A DNA stretch of 63,762 nucleotides, filler included, from Chiloscyllium plagiosum (lineage: Eukaryota), in the NCBI RefSeq assembly GCF_004010195.1. It is 4 parts of one record of this genome, joined end to end, with 100 filler letters (N's around TTAATTAATTAA, not from the genome) between each part and the next. Parts side by side here need not be neighbours in the genome. Positions count along the whole stretch, not along the records: positions 38,555 to 59,171 come from NC_057712.1; positions 59,272 to 63,762 come from NC_057712.1; 2 more parts are not named here. The stretch is one strand, 5' to 3'. The notes beneath the pieces are model-generated. The model saw nothing but the letters and a program-made list of their open reading frames with translations. It was not told the DNA's origin and did no database searches. The position numbers and the translations under genes were made by a program. Of this stretch, positions 51,255 to 62,948 are shown piece after piece (positions within the stretch are counted from its first letter, which is position 1; the number at the start of each line of letters is the position of its first letter).

Positions 51255-52215
51255 TTTGGAGATGCCGGTGTTGGACTGGGGTGTACAAAGTTAAAAATCA
51301 CACAACACCAGGTTATAGTCCAACAGGTTTAATTGGAAGCACACTAACTTTCGGAACGACGCTCCTTCATCAGGGAGAAAAGCACACAGCCACAGAATTT
51401 ATTGGCAGAAAGTCAAAAGATCATACAGACGGTGTGAGTGAAGTGTCGAATAATAAGTCTCTGCAAATGATCAAAAGTGTCAGATGGTGTGAGTAAAGTG
51501 TCAACAACTAAATAACAAGCAAAGGGATAACCTATAATCCGATTAAATGAGACAGAGAAATAATTCAAAAAATGCAAATTGAGGTTTTGCTGGACACAAA
51601 CCAAATGACTGGAATAACATGATAGGTATAAGAGTCGCATGCCAAGGATCTAGCCAAAGTAATAAGTAATCCAAAACTGTACAAACTACTTAAGGTAAAG
51701 AGATCATAATAATTTATCAAAGTGATGGTATCAGAACATCAATAAGGACAGTAGGTAAGATTTTACAGGTACAGAACAGTGTAGTGGGGTCATATGTAGT
51801 GCGACATGATCCCAAGATCACAGTTGAGGCCATTTTCATGGGTACGAAATTTGGTTATCAGTGTCTGCTTGGTAATTCTGCAGTGTGGTGTCTCGAAAGC
51901 CGCCTTGAAGGACACTACCAAAAAACTGGAGGCATTTAGTCCCTGGTCACTGAAGTGTTCCCCGACTGGGAGGGAACATTCCTGCCTGGCAATTGTTGCA
52001 GGGTATCCATTTATCGGTTGTCATAGTGACTTCATAGTCTCGCCAATATACCATGCCTTGGGGCATCCTTGCCTGAAGCATATGAGATAGACAACACTGG
52101 CTGAGTCAAATGTGTATCTGCTGTGTACATGTTGGGGGGGGGGGGGAGGGCGTTTCCCATGTGTGATGGGTCGTATCCATGTCAATGATCTGACATGTCT
52201 TGCAGAGGTTGCCAA
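51255..52215 (-). mobile_element. Penelope-like element (GIY-YIG fragment + hammerhead-bearing terminus)
   Basis: YTFDSASVVYLICFRQGCPKAWYIGET (52021-52215); CTGATGA-A-GGAGCG-TC-GTTCC-GAAAG at 51373-51348 (minus). Confidence 0.88.
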
Positions 52216-52249
52216 GGAAGGGTCTAGTTTAAGTCTGCTAGTTGTATGC

Positions 52250-54000
52250 AGTTAATCAAATGAGTAACTGTGAGGCAGATACAGCATTTCGACTTAATTA
52301 TCTTCATTAGGAGAATGCTGAAGTCAAAGTAAGCTTTCATTTTAAAGCACAGAATGATATAAGTGGATATCATTCTCTGTTTATGAAATTCAGCCCAACA
52401 TTATTTTGTGTAGTAATTATCTCCAGATCAACTCCGCTGCTTTTATAAATCAAAAGCCTGATGGACTTTTGAAGCCAATCTTCAATGTCCCATTGAAGAA
52501 ATGGATTTGAGACAAATATGACAACTTGCCCCATCACATTGAATTCCTGAAACTGACTGTTGAATTCCTCAGGTGTGAAAAGAGGTTTTCTGGGTCAAAC
52601 CACTTTTCTTTGTGCATTCTCTATTAGTTTCTCCAGAATCTGAAATTATCGCAACATTTCGATTTTGAGCTGGGAGGACCGCACACAAAGTTTCAATTTG
52701 AATGTTTTCACAGCAGTGATCATAAAAGCTCAGTCTCCGTCCTTTCCCTGCAAGTTCACAGTTTAACTCGTTCAGTCTGTAAGGAAACTGAAGTCAAGCA
52801 ACCACACTTTGCCTGACAGCTTACTTCATTTCTTGATTTGAGAAGATTGACAATTTCAGGCATCAGATCTAAAAATCTTTGTCCAACTTTCCCTCAACCT
52901 AACCAACTCACATCAGCATGAAGGGTTAGTTAACCATAGGAGTATCAAGTTCATTGAGTAAAGATTCCAACAAGTGGTGCTGAGGGGTTCCTGCTCAAAT
53001 TAGTTTAATCTTAACAACATTTCTACATGAGAAAAGTCCATAACTTGACACACTAATGTTTGTGGAGAAAGTGAGGACTACAGCTGCTGGAGATCAGAGC
53101 TGAAAATGTGTTGCTGGAAAAGCGCAGCAGGTCAGGCAGCATCCAAGGAGCAGGAGAATCGACGTTTCGGGCATGAAAAGTCGATTCTCCTGCTCCTTGG
53201 ATGCTGCACTTTTCCAGCAACACATTTTCAACACTAATGTTTGCTACTGGATTGGACAAAATAGCAGAAATCAGGATCATTTCTTCAAAATGCAACAAAG
53301 CCTGCACTTGCACCAACCTTGGTTGGTGCACCATTGGTTGTGATGGAAATCAGTTTCTTTATTGAAATATTTTTCAAGCAAACATCTTTTGAAATTGTTG
53401 TAGATGTTCTCAACCTTTGTCCTCACTTCAAGATGCAAATTTGTTATGATCTTAAAAGACATGCATAAAAACAAAGAGCTGGGTTGTATGAGTTATGCTG
53501 ATTGATACATCAGAATAAGTGAGAGACATTCACTGCCCTTCAGGTCCTGCTGTAGTTGCTGAAAGATGTCTTTGGTAAAGATTCCACTCATTTTGCTACT
53601 ATAGAAACTTTAAAGACTTTAAAAACAAAGTAGTAGTAATAACATCAACACATTTATTGGTGCTTTAATTACTTAGCCATCTGAGAATGATTTCTGGTAC
53701 TTTGCCAGAAGATGGCAAATTTGAAAAAATGCTTCAGTACAGGCCTTACCTTTTGCTGCTGGTTTAGAGAAAAGGATGACTGAGCTTTCAAATAGCCTTC
53801 AGTTCATCAACTTTCTTTGTCCGAAATGTGCTGTTCAAAGGAAAACTATCCTTCAATTTACTGTGCACAGCTGTGAGGGGTGTCAGTCCAAATTCACCTT
53901 TTTATTTATTGATAGTACTTTAGTGGCACACAAGGCAAAAACTTATTTTTTGCAGTTATGAACTGAAATTTGTTTTCCCACTCCACTTGGGTATTACACA
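52250..54000 (-). pseudogene. Fossil hAT-superfamily (Charlie/SPIN, GTF2IRD2-like) transposase
   Basis: Across frames on minus: KKVNLD*H; LAKYQKSFSDG; QQLQQDL..SECLSL; SITTNGAPTKVG..GFVA (TDGAP); LHADVSWLG*GKVGQRFLDLMPEI (HTEVRWLS); WLLDFSFLTD; EEFNSQFQEF...FVSNPF. Confidence 0.85.
53063..53230. mobile_element. Palindromic Penelope-terminus-derived mini-element inserted into the hAT fossil, 13-bp TSD
   Basis: TGAAAATGTGTTGCTGGAAAAG...CTTTTCCAGCAACACATTTTCA inverted arms; TSD ACACTAATGTTTG at 53050-53062 / 53231-53243. Confidence 0.9.
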
Positions 54001-54269
54001 TTTTTGATTGAATTTTAGATGGTACAGGTTCATCATTCATTATTGCTTCACCTTGTAGCTCATGACATCACTCTGCCACTGGTCTTACTGCCTTTAGATC
54101 TGTGCCACGAGAACCTCTAGAACGTTGCTGGCTGCTTTCAGGCCTGGAGGCATGGGAGGTCCCTTCTGTGGTTGAGATTTGTTTCTGGATCCCTGGTCAG
54201 CTAGTTTACTCAGTTATTAGATGTGGGATGCATCACCATTCCTTATAATTTTTCTTCACAGACCTATTA

Positions 54270-54985
54270 TAGTCCTACAGCATGGAAACAAACCCTTCGG
54301 TCCAACCAGTCCACCCTATGTTACCAAACTAAACTAGTGCCACCTGCTTGCACTATGCCCATATCCCTCTGAACTTATTCTGTTCATAAACTTATCCAAG
54401 TATCTTTTAAATGTTCTAACTGTACCTGTATCCACCACTTTCTCTGGCAGTTTGTTCCTTACTCGCTGTGTAAAAAAGGTGCCCCTCATGTCCTTTTTAA
54501 ACCTTTCTCTTCTCACCTTAAAAATATGCTCCCTAGGTTTGAACTGCTCCATCCTAGGGACTCATCTTATCTTTGCGCTGATGATTTTATAAGCCTCAAT
54601 AAGGTCACCCCTCAACCTCCTATGCTCCAGTGAAAAAAAGCCTCGATCTTTCCTGTCTATTTTTATATCTCAAACTCTCCATTCCCAGCAACTTCCTAGT
54701 AAATCTTTTCTGAATCCTCTCCCAGTTTAAGAATATCTTTCCTATAACAGGGTGACCAGAACTGCACAAAGTACTCCAAAAAGGGGCCTCACCAACATCC
54801 TGTACAACCTCAACATGACATTCCATCTCCTGTACTCAAGGATCTGAGCAACGAAGCCTTCTTAACCATCTTGTCTAACTGTGATGCAAGTTTCAAAGAA
54901 TTATGCATTGGAACCCCTAGGTCTTTCCGTTCTACAACACTACCCAAGCCCCACCATTGATTGTATCAGTCCTGCCCTTGTTTTT
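54270..54985 (-). mobile_element. CR1 LINE 3' fragment
   Basis: ERIQKRFTRKLLGM, FKVRRERFKKDMRGTFFTQRV. Confidence 0.9.
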
Positions 54986-55165
54986 TGTAATTTAATGTCA
55001 GGGTTAAAATTGTACGAGTAATCAATCTGCACTTTCCAATGTCACAATGTCTTGTTCAAGTGAAAGTTAAACAAACAAGACAAACTACTTCAGCTAATTG
55101 GTCCACTTCAGTGTTAGAATAACATATATAGAAATTGTATGTAATTCAAATGTTTTGAGGACATG

Positions 55166-55405
55166 GAGTCATAGTCATAGAGATGTACAGCACAGAAACA
55201 AACCCTTCAGTCCAACTCATCCATGCTGACCAGATATCCCAACCCAATCTAGTCCCACTTGCCAGCACCTGGTCCATATCCCTCCAAACCCTTCCTATTC
55301 ATATACCCATCCAGATGCCTTTCAAATGTTGCAATTGTACTTGCCTCCACCACTTCCTCTGGCAGCTGATTCCATACACGTACCACCCTCTGCATGAAAA
55401 AGTTG
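55166..55405 (-). mobile_element. CR1 LINE 3' end
   Basis: Same family as 3361, 37921 and the 3' end at 59945. Confidence 0.92.
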
Positions 55406-55429
55406 TGGTCATTCAGAAGCACTGAGTGT

Positions 55430-55630
55430 CTTAGCATAGCTAGCTGGTTGGTTCGTTTGTGATAGAGTGACGCTAACAGTGTGGGTTCAATTCCTGTACT
55501 GGCTGAGATCATAATAAAGGTCTCACCTTCTCAGACTTATTCTTTGCCTTAGGCTTGGTGACCTTCAGGTTGAACCACCAGGTCATCTCTCTCTAATGAA
55601 GGAATAGGACTATGGTGATTTTACTTTTAG
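55430..55630 (+). mobile_element. Old tRNA-derived SINE (LF-SINE-like)
   Basis: A-box-like TAGCTAGCTGGTTGG, B-box GGGTTCAATTCC, tail GGACTATGGTGATTTTACTTTTA. Confidence 0.6.
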
Positions 55631-56806
55631 TGTCATGTATAGATACAGACACACACGCACACATTTATAGTATCACGCACATTACATATATATATATAAA
55701 ACGTGGATTCACTTCGTCAGCTAAAGCTGGAAAGAATAATTCCAGTAAACATGTGATATGGAAGCAAGGAAGGCGGGGTGGGGGAGGGGCGTGGTTCCCA
55801 GCAAGCACCCCCTGCCCAATGTTCAGTTCATTAACATCGAGGCATTGGTCTCCTTTGACCAAAGGACCCCAAATCCCAACACCCCCATCTAACCAATCAC
55901 CACCATGTCTGGATGACAAGCTGCCCTAAGGCTATTAACTATTAAGAATGTCACATGCCAACAGGCTCACCTACAGCTAGATTAATCCGAGAGGGGGTGA
56001 GATTAGGCTTTTAAGTTTTCACTTATTGACTTGGTTTTTATTGGTGGCAGGATAGACAGGTATCTATGAACCAGCCTGCCCAAGACTTATCACCAACACC
56101 CCATCTAATTAGATGTTCTTCTGACCTCCAAGATCACCACTTTCAGAAGCAGAATGTTCAGCCTGCTGTTTCCAATTCTGTGATCAAATGTGTATCTTAA
56201 AGAATTCCACAATCACAAAGAACATCCTTGAAATAACGATAAGCAAACTTCCAAACAGCCCAAAATCATGTGTACTTGGAAGATATTAAATATAAATGCA
56301 TCACTTGTTCCAATATCAGTTGTTGTAGCATTACATCATTCCAGAGCTCACTATCAAATATCCTGCCTATTTATAAACCAGAATGTGCATTGTGACTATG
56401 TAAGTGCTAGTAAGTCAGTCTTTAATATTGATGATTCAACAGTATTTGTAATTTCAAGATTATTCATTATGTGGTTATTAAAAACCTACTGCAAAATAAT
56501 GGGTTTTCATACCACAAAGTGATCAGCCTCCATATTAATCTTTCACCACAACAATTTACATATTAATTCTCAACTTCGTGTTCCTTAGAGAACAAATCAT
56601 ACTAGCTAGTATAGTACCTTATTACCTGACATGTTGTACTGATTTCAAATGTAGAATTTAAGCTTAACTGGTTTTTATTTTTTGTGGGAGCAAACAATTG
56701 ACAACATTTAAATTCAGCACAACACCAAATGTTAAAAAAGCCTTGTTTTATCCGAAAAAGAAGTAATAGATATCAGGTGTTCAACTTGCTCCGTCCTCTG
56801 TTTTAC

Positions 56807-56835
56807 CTTGCCGCGATGTTATTTTTAACAATGGC
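56807..56835 (-). CDS. Candidate 29-nt host exon (AIVKNNIAA + 2 nt)
   Basis: Acceptor CCATCCATTTACAG, donor AAG|GTAAAA; phase-compatible with the candidate exons at 13479-13687. Confidence 0.25.
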
Positions 56836-59171
56836 CTGTAAATGGATGGCCAAAAGGTTTTACAGATTTTGATTACTGGGTGAATCATTCTTGAAACATT
56901 GCATCACTGCTTTTCTTCATTACCATCATTCCCATTTATATTGCCAACTTTATCATGTTCATACGAGGCCTCATTCTCCTCTGAGTGTTACTGCTGATAA
57001 ACAGTTGGGCTGCCATTCTTTCAGCAGATGCTTTCAAATACATGTACATTGCTACATGAAAACAAATATTTTCCATCATGTTGTTCGTTAGAGTATGGAA
57101 ACATACCTTTTTGAAGTACTTAGCAAATGCAATCTTATCTATGCAGACTGTGCTCAATCTACTACGTTATCATTCTGATTATCTGAAATATCTACACTTG
57201 TTTTACAACACATATCAGAATTTCAGACATGCATTTAACAGCACTATTTTAAATGATCACAGCAAGTGCTGGACATGGGCCTGGAGCAGATCGGCTATAT
57301 GCGGCAAACAGCCAAGGATGTGAGCTCTGATAATTCCTCAAAATGTTAAGAAGTTTTAGTCATTTGGAAAATGCTTGCTACCTGAAGAGGAACAAAACAT
57401 TTTGAAATTCTCACAATGAGAGAGTAACCAATCTGTTATGAATTGAAATAATGATAAAAGATATATCACATGATGTGAGACAATCACTATTCTGAGTATT
57501 TCTAATGTATTTCCACCAACTGGCAATAATCTAGAAATCAGGAGTGCCCAAAGACACAGGGGCTGAATTACACTGTCCATGCTCCTTTCCAGAGGACAGA
57601 GGGGCTATGTGAACTTTATGCTGAGAGGTTATTATCGCAAATTAATTATGCACTCACACTACTTATGTGTTTACTTCTTGTCAGATATGGGAGTTCAAAG
57701 CGAGCTTAAGGGTTACTGCGGATTATATCTGCAATAAATGCTGTTGGCTGAGAATCTTATCAGATCGAGTTGGAGAGACAGATAGTAGCGATGAGGAATT
57801 TGCAACAGCAACAGTATGTGATGGATGGCAGTTATAGGAAGGGGGGAAAGTCTCAGATACAGTCACATAGATGGATTAACTCCAGGAAAGGTAAGAGAGG
57901 TAGGCAGCTAGTGCAGGACTCTTTTGTGCATATACCCATTTCACGTAGGTATGCTGTTTTGGAAATTGTGGGGGTGATGGATTCTCAGGGGAACGTAGCA
58001 CGAACAGCCAAGTTTCTGGTATTGAGACTGGCTCGAATGCAACAAGGGGTACATCGGGTTCCAAGAGATCAATCGTGTCAGGGGATTCTCTAATCCAAGG
58101 TACAGCCAGACGTTTCTGTGGCCAGCAGTGAAAAAACAGAATGGCGTGTTGCATCCCGGATGCCAGGATTAAGGATGTTTCAGAGAGGGTGCAGAATGTT
58201 CTCTGGGGAAGAGGGGCCAGCAAGAGTTCACTATCCACATTGAAACCAACGACATAGGAAGAGAAAAGGTTGAGACTCTGAAAGCAGATGACAGAGAGTT
58301 AGGCAGAAATTTAAAAAGGAGGTCCTCAAGGGTAGTAATATCTGGATTACTCCCAGTGCTACGAGCTAGTGAGGGCAGGAATAGGAGGATAGAGCAGATG
58401 AATGCATGGCTGAGGAGCTGGTGTATGGGAGAGGGATTCACATTTTTTGACCATTGGAATCTCTTTTGAGGTAGAAGTGAGCTGTACAAGAAGGACGGAT
58501 TGCACCTAAATTGGAAGGGGACTAATATACTGGCAGGGAAATTTGATAGAGTTACACAGGAGGATATAAACTAGTCAGGTGGGGGGTGGGACCCAGGGAG
58601 ATAGTGAGGAAAGAGATCAATCTGAGACTGGTACAGTTGAGAACAGAAACAAGTCAAACAGTCAGGGCAGGCAGGGACAAGTTAGGACTAATAAATTAAC
58701 CTGCATTTATTTCAATGCAAGGGGCCTAACAGGGAAGGCAGATGAACTCAGGGCATGGTTAGGAACATGGGACTGGGATATCATAGCAATTACAGAAACA
58801 TGGCTCAGGGAGCTTAATGTTCCAGGATACAAATGCTACAGGAAGGATAGAAAGGGAGGCAAGTGAGGATGGGGAGTGGCATTTTTGATAAGGGATAGCA
58901 TTACAGCTGTGCTGAGGGAGGATATTCCTGGAAACACATCCAGGGAAGTTATTTGGGTGGAACTGAGAAATAAGAAAGGGATGATCACCTTATTAGGATT
59001 GTATTATAGACCCCCTAATAGTCAAAGGGAAATTGAGAAACAAACTTGTAAGGAGAACTCAGCTATCTGTAAGAATAATAGGGAGGTTATGGTAGGGGAT
59101 TTTAACTTTCCAAACATAAACTGAGACTGCCATAATGTTAAAGGTTTAGATGGAGAGGAATTTGTTAAGTG

Positions 59172-59271
59172 NNNNNNNNNNNNNNNNNNNNNNNNNNNNN
59201 NNNNNNNNNNNNNNNTTAATTAATTAANNNNNNNNNNNNNNNNNNNNNNNNNNNNNNNNNNNNNNNNNNNN
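59172..59271. other. Assembly gap with TTAATTAATTAA spacer
   Basis: N run with spacer. Confidence 0.98.
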
Positions 59272-59587
59272 TTAGGCCACTGTTGGAATATTGTGTGCAA
59301 TTCTGGTCTCCTTCCTATCAGAAAGATGTTGTGAAACTTGAAAGGGTTCAGAAAAGATTTACAAGGATATTGCCAGGGTTGGAGGATCTGTGCTACAGGG
59401 AGAGGCTGAACAGGCTGGGGCTGTTTTCCCTGGAGCGTCGGAGGCTGAGGGGTGACCTTATAGAGGTTTACAAAATTATGAGGGGCATGGATCAGGTAAA
59501 TAGGCAAAGCCTTTTCCCTGGGTTTGGGGAGTCCAAAACTAGAGGGCATAGGTTTAGGGTGAGAGGGGAAAGATATAAAACGGGGCA

Positions 59588-59846
59588 ACGTTTTCACACG
59601 TGTATGGAATGAGCTGCCAGAGGAAGTGGTAGAGGCTGGTACAATTGCAACATTTAAGAGGCAGTTGGATGGATATATGAATAGGAAGGGTTTGGAGGGA
59701 TATGGGCCGGGTGCTGCACGTTTTCACACGTGTATGGAATGAGCTGCCAGAGGAAGTGGTAGAGGCTGGTACAATTGCAACATTTAAGAGGCAGTTGGAT
59801 GGATATATGAATAGGAAGGGTTTGGAGGGATATGGGCCGGGTGCTG
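59588..59846 (+). repeat. 130-bp tandem duplication within the CR1 3' end
   Basis: ACGTTTTCACACGTGTATGGAATGAG... starts at 59588 and 59718. Confidence 0.95.
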
Positions 59847-59943
59847 GCAGGTGGGACTAGATTGGGTTGGGATAGCTGGTCGGAATGGACAGGTTGGACC
59901 GAATGGTCTGTTTCCATGCTGTACGTCTCTGTGACTCTATGAC

Positions 59944-60225
59944 TGAAAAATCAAAGTACTCATCCAGGTCAGTCAGTGCTGCAATCCCAATGATCATTTA
60001 TTGGGATTGCAGTACTGATAGAGACTTTACTGATACCCCGACTGTTTGATAATGCAGATGGCCCGCAATGAACGCAGGAGTGGGAGATCCAGAAGTGACT
60101 GTTTCAGCACTATTTTGGTTTCTATAGCTTCAGACTTACAAGTGAAGGAACAGCACCATCAAGTCTCTACTAGAGCTGCAACATCAATGAATGATCATGA
60201 GCTGGATGAGTACTTCAATTTTTCA
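59944..60225. mobile_element. MITE-like element with 24-bp terminal inverted repeats and internal hairpin
   Basis: TGAAAAATCAAAGTACTCATCCAG (59944-59967) vs CTGGATGAGTACTTCAATTTTTCA (60202-60225), 22/24; 19-bp stem 59973-60018. Confidence 0.65.
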
Positions 60226-61179
60226 ATCTTATTGTCAAAGCGTTCTAATTTTATCTTTTTCCTCACTAGAGTACTGCCCTTTTCTGACTAGTATTTGAAG
60301 TATTCTAAGATTCTTTCACCCTCCTATTGTGGTATATGCTACACACACATTTGCTGATATTATGGCAAAACAAAGCATGGAAGAAAAACTACAGAACATA
60401 ATACATTTATTAAAGCATTCTCCATGGCATTTAGCCCGAAAATAAATTTACTGATAGAACAGGGGAGATGCATTGGAGGAGATGTTGGTGTAATTGTTTC
60501 ATTGCTTTGAAGACCCAGGCTAGTGCTCTGGGAGAAATGAGTTCAAATCCCACCAAGGCAGACTTTGAATTAATAAGTACTTGATTAAAAACTAGTCTAA
60601 TAGTGACCATTAAACTATTACAATAGATGTAACATTCCATCTGTTCAGTGATGTCCTTTAGAGAAGGAAAATCGCCATCCTCACCTAGTCTTGCCTACAT
60701 GTGCCTCCAGATCCACAAAATATTGTTCATTCTAAAATGCACAAGCAAGCCACTCAGTGGTATATAACCATTATAAAGTTTGTTAAAAGTAATGAAACCA
60801 GACAGAGCACACAGGAAATGACAATGATACACACTGACTCTATAATGTTCTCCTTACTGACATCTGGGAATTGTGCCAAACATTAGCAGAGTAGTCCCAC
60901 AGATTGGTGAAGCAACAACCTCACAGAATCACACCTTATAGTGTCCCAGACACACCACTGCTGCCATCCCTGTGTATGGTTTGTCCCATCAATGTGACTA
61001 TATCAGTAGGAGGGACCACCCACCCAGATCTTGTGAAGACAAGGTGCCACCTTTACACTGAGGATAGTTTCCATAGTGATGTGTGACACAACCATTGAGC
61101 TGAATGGGATAGATTTCAAACTGATCCAGCAACTCAAACTTTGGGGGGGGTGGATGGTGGGCATTCACCTTGCTGAGCT

Positions 61180-62480
61180 ATGAAATTTCCAAAGCTATTT
61201 AAACCTTCAGGGAGATTTAAGCAGAGTATCACATTACTATGCAAAAAGATATCAACTATCTCTGTACATTCCCAGGCAAGTTCTCGTCCTTTGAGAGGAA
61301 AAGTAAATTCTCAGTTAGTCAGCTTGATAGAAGGCAGGGTTACATCATCAGTAACAGAACTGACACAACAGTGATCCCGTCTAATAACTGTTCCTAATCT
61401 GAATGGAGAGCTAAAAGTCTGAGTAGATTTAATTCACTTGAACAAGGAGGGAAATCCATCTTAGTTTATCTGTTGATGATAGTTCAGCAAAATTGGCAGA
61501 GAGCAATATTTTCACAAATTTGAATTAGCTCTGCCATATACTCTGACACCAAGAGTCATGATGCTGACTATATTTATTACACCATTCGGGTGGTATTGCT
61601 TCAACTATCTACTATTTGGAACCCGGCTGCGCCAAAGATTTTTTAAAGAGCATCAGGGAACCCTTTGAATGATGGCCTAGTGCATGGCAAAATGTTTGAA
61701 GAACCCGGCCTGAGAGTGAAAGGCACTTCAGAACACAGGTCTTAAGCTAAATGAGAACTGCCAGTTCTTTAGAATGATGTTTATCTTTATGGAACATATT
61801 GTCCAAGAACAAGGCACCATGGCAGATCCAAGAGAGATAAAAACCTTCAGTGAACTTCCAGCACTGAAGTGCACAGATGATGCACAGCACGGTGGGAAAG
61901 TTCATCCCCAACTTTGGCAGTCTTAATCAATCCATAAAAGAGCTTTTGCAAAACAGAGGCCAGATTGTGGCCACCAAAAGGATTAAAGAGACATTATTTC
62001 CTATTTATCATGTTATAATCCAGGCTATTCACTGTAGTAGCTGAAAATGTGTTGCTGGAAAACGTTTCGGGCATAATTCCTGCTTCAGGAATTATGCCCG
62101 AAACGTCGATTCTCCTGTTCCTTGGATGCTGTCTGACCTGCTGCGCTTTTCCAGCAACACATTTTCAGCTCTGATCTCCAGCATCTGCAGCCCTCACTTT
62201 CTCCTATTCACTATAGTATCCACAGATACTGTGCATTATTCTCAAAATTAGGACCAGTCCTTATTCATCTGTAAAACTAATCTATTTTAGATCACAAGCT
62301 TTAACATAGATGGAGCAGAGGTTTACAACTATACAGAAGGCAACATTAGCAGTTACTGTACGTGGACATGTGAAAAGTTCACAGACTGCTACATAGACCT
62401 GAAGGTTCAGAGGAGACATACCACAAGCTTATGATAACATTACTGGAGGCAGGGAGACAATGTATACCAGATAACCTCAA
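61180..62480 (+). pseudogene. pol: Gypsy-type LTR retrotransposon pol remnant (RT-RNase H)
   Basis: VP.LNGELKV*VDLIHLNK; TIFITPFGWYCFNYLLFG; GLKLNE.CQF; degenerate IEKEALA.TWTCEKF.D and ETDHKPL-like segments. Confidence 0.8.
62040..62203. mobile_element. Palindromic Penelope-terminus-derived mini-element inserted into the Gypsy remnant, 15-bp TSD
   Basis: Perfect 21-bp stem 62062-62106; TSD CTATTCACT(G/A)TAGTA at 62025-62039 / 62204-62218. Confidence 0.88.
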
Positions 62481-62647
62481 ATCCTTAGAGAAATATGATC
62501 AGTCATACCCCTACAAAATTCTGTAGATCCACTGGCAGAATATATCCTCAGTGGCAATGTCCCCTCTCAAGCTGATATCCCCATTGCTGGTTACGGTCAA
62601 TCAGCCATGTTGGGTGGGCACACCATCTGCATTCCTGATATTGTGAT

Positions 62648-62892
62648 TGTAACAAGGTCAGCCAGGTGAGCCTCATAGATTATGAGTTCTCTGATTGGAG
62701 CTGTTAACTTGGCCCAATCAGGGAGCCCTGGCTGACAGATAAGGTCAGGGGTGTCGCGTCTTCCGCCAGGATCAAACAGAAAAAAAAGAAAGAAGAAAAA
62801 AGAACAAAAAAAAAGGTCAGGGGTAAGCACTACCGCAGTTAGGCGGTAGTGTGGGGGTTAATAAAAAAATATATATATATAAACAGGAGTGG
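62648..62892 (+). repeat. Putative LTR 5' portion, interrupted near its TATA box
   Basis: Starts TGTAACA, inverted CCAAT pair (CTGATTGG...CCAATCAG), ATATAAACAGGAGTG at ~62876-62891. Confidence 0.5.
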
Positions 62893-62948
62893 GAATTTGA
62901 ATAAAGAAAAAAAAAGAAAGAAGAAAAAAAAAGAAGGTCAGGGGTGTC

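Larger units (their letters stand above)
57680..59943 (+). mobile_element. CR1 LINE: ORF1 (Cys-motif + SGNH esterase), ORF2 endonuclease, gap, RT C-terminus, 3' UTR
   Basis: DYICNKC; CCIPDARIKDVSERV; DGLHLNWKG; CIYFNARGL..KADEL...DIIAITETWL; GLYYRPP...VGDFNFPNIN; LEYCVQFWSP; (TGACTCTA) tail. Confidence 0.94.

Noticed and set aside
53277..53474. Cys-rich ORF with a good acceptor, resembling a terminal host exon; also an FTPEEF motif near 52580 resembling KIT ligand
   Set aside because: Both lie within the collinear hAT transposase fossil.
57263..57319. 57-nt plus-strand candidate exon
   Set aside because: Weak polypyrimidine tract, all three frames open, no recognisable product.
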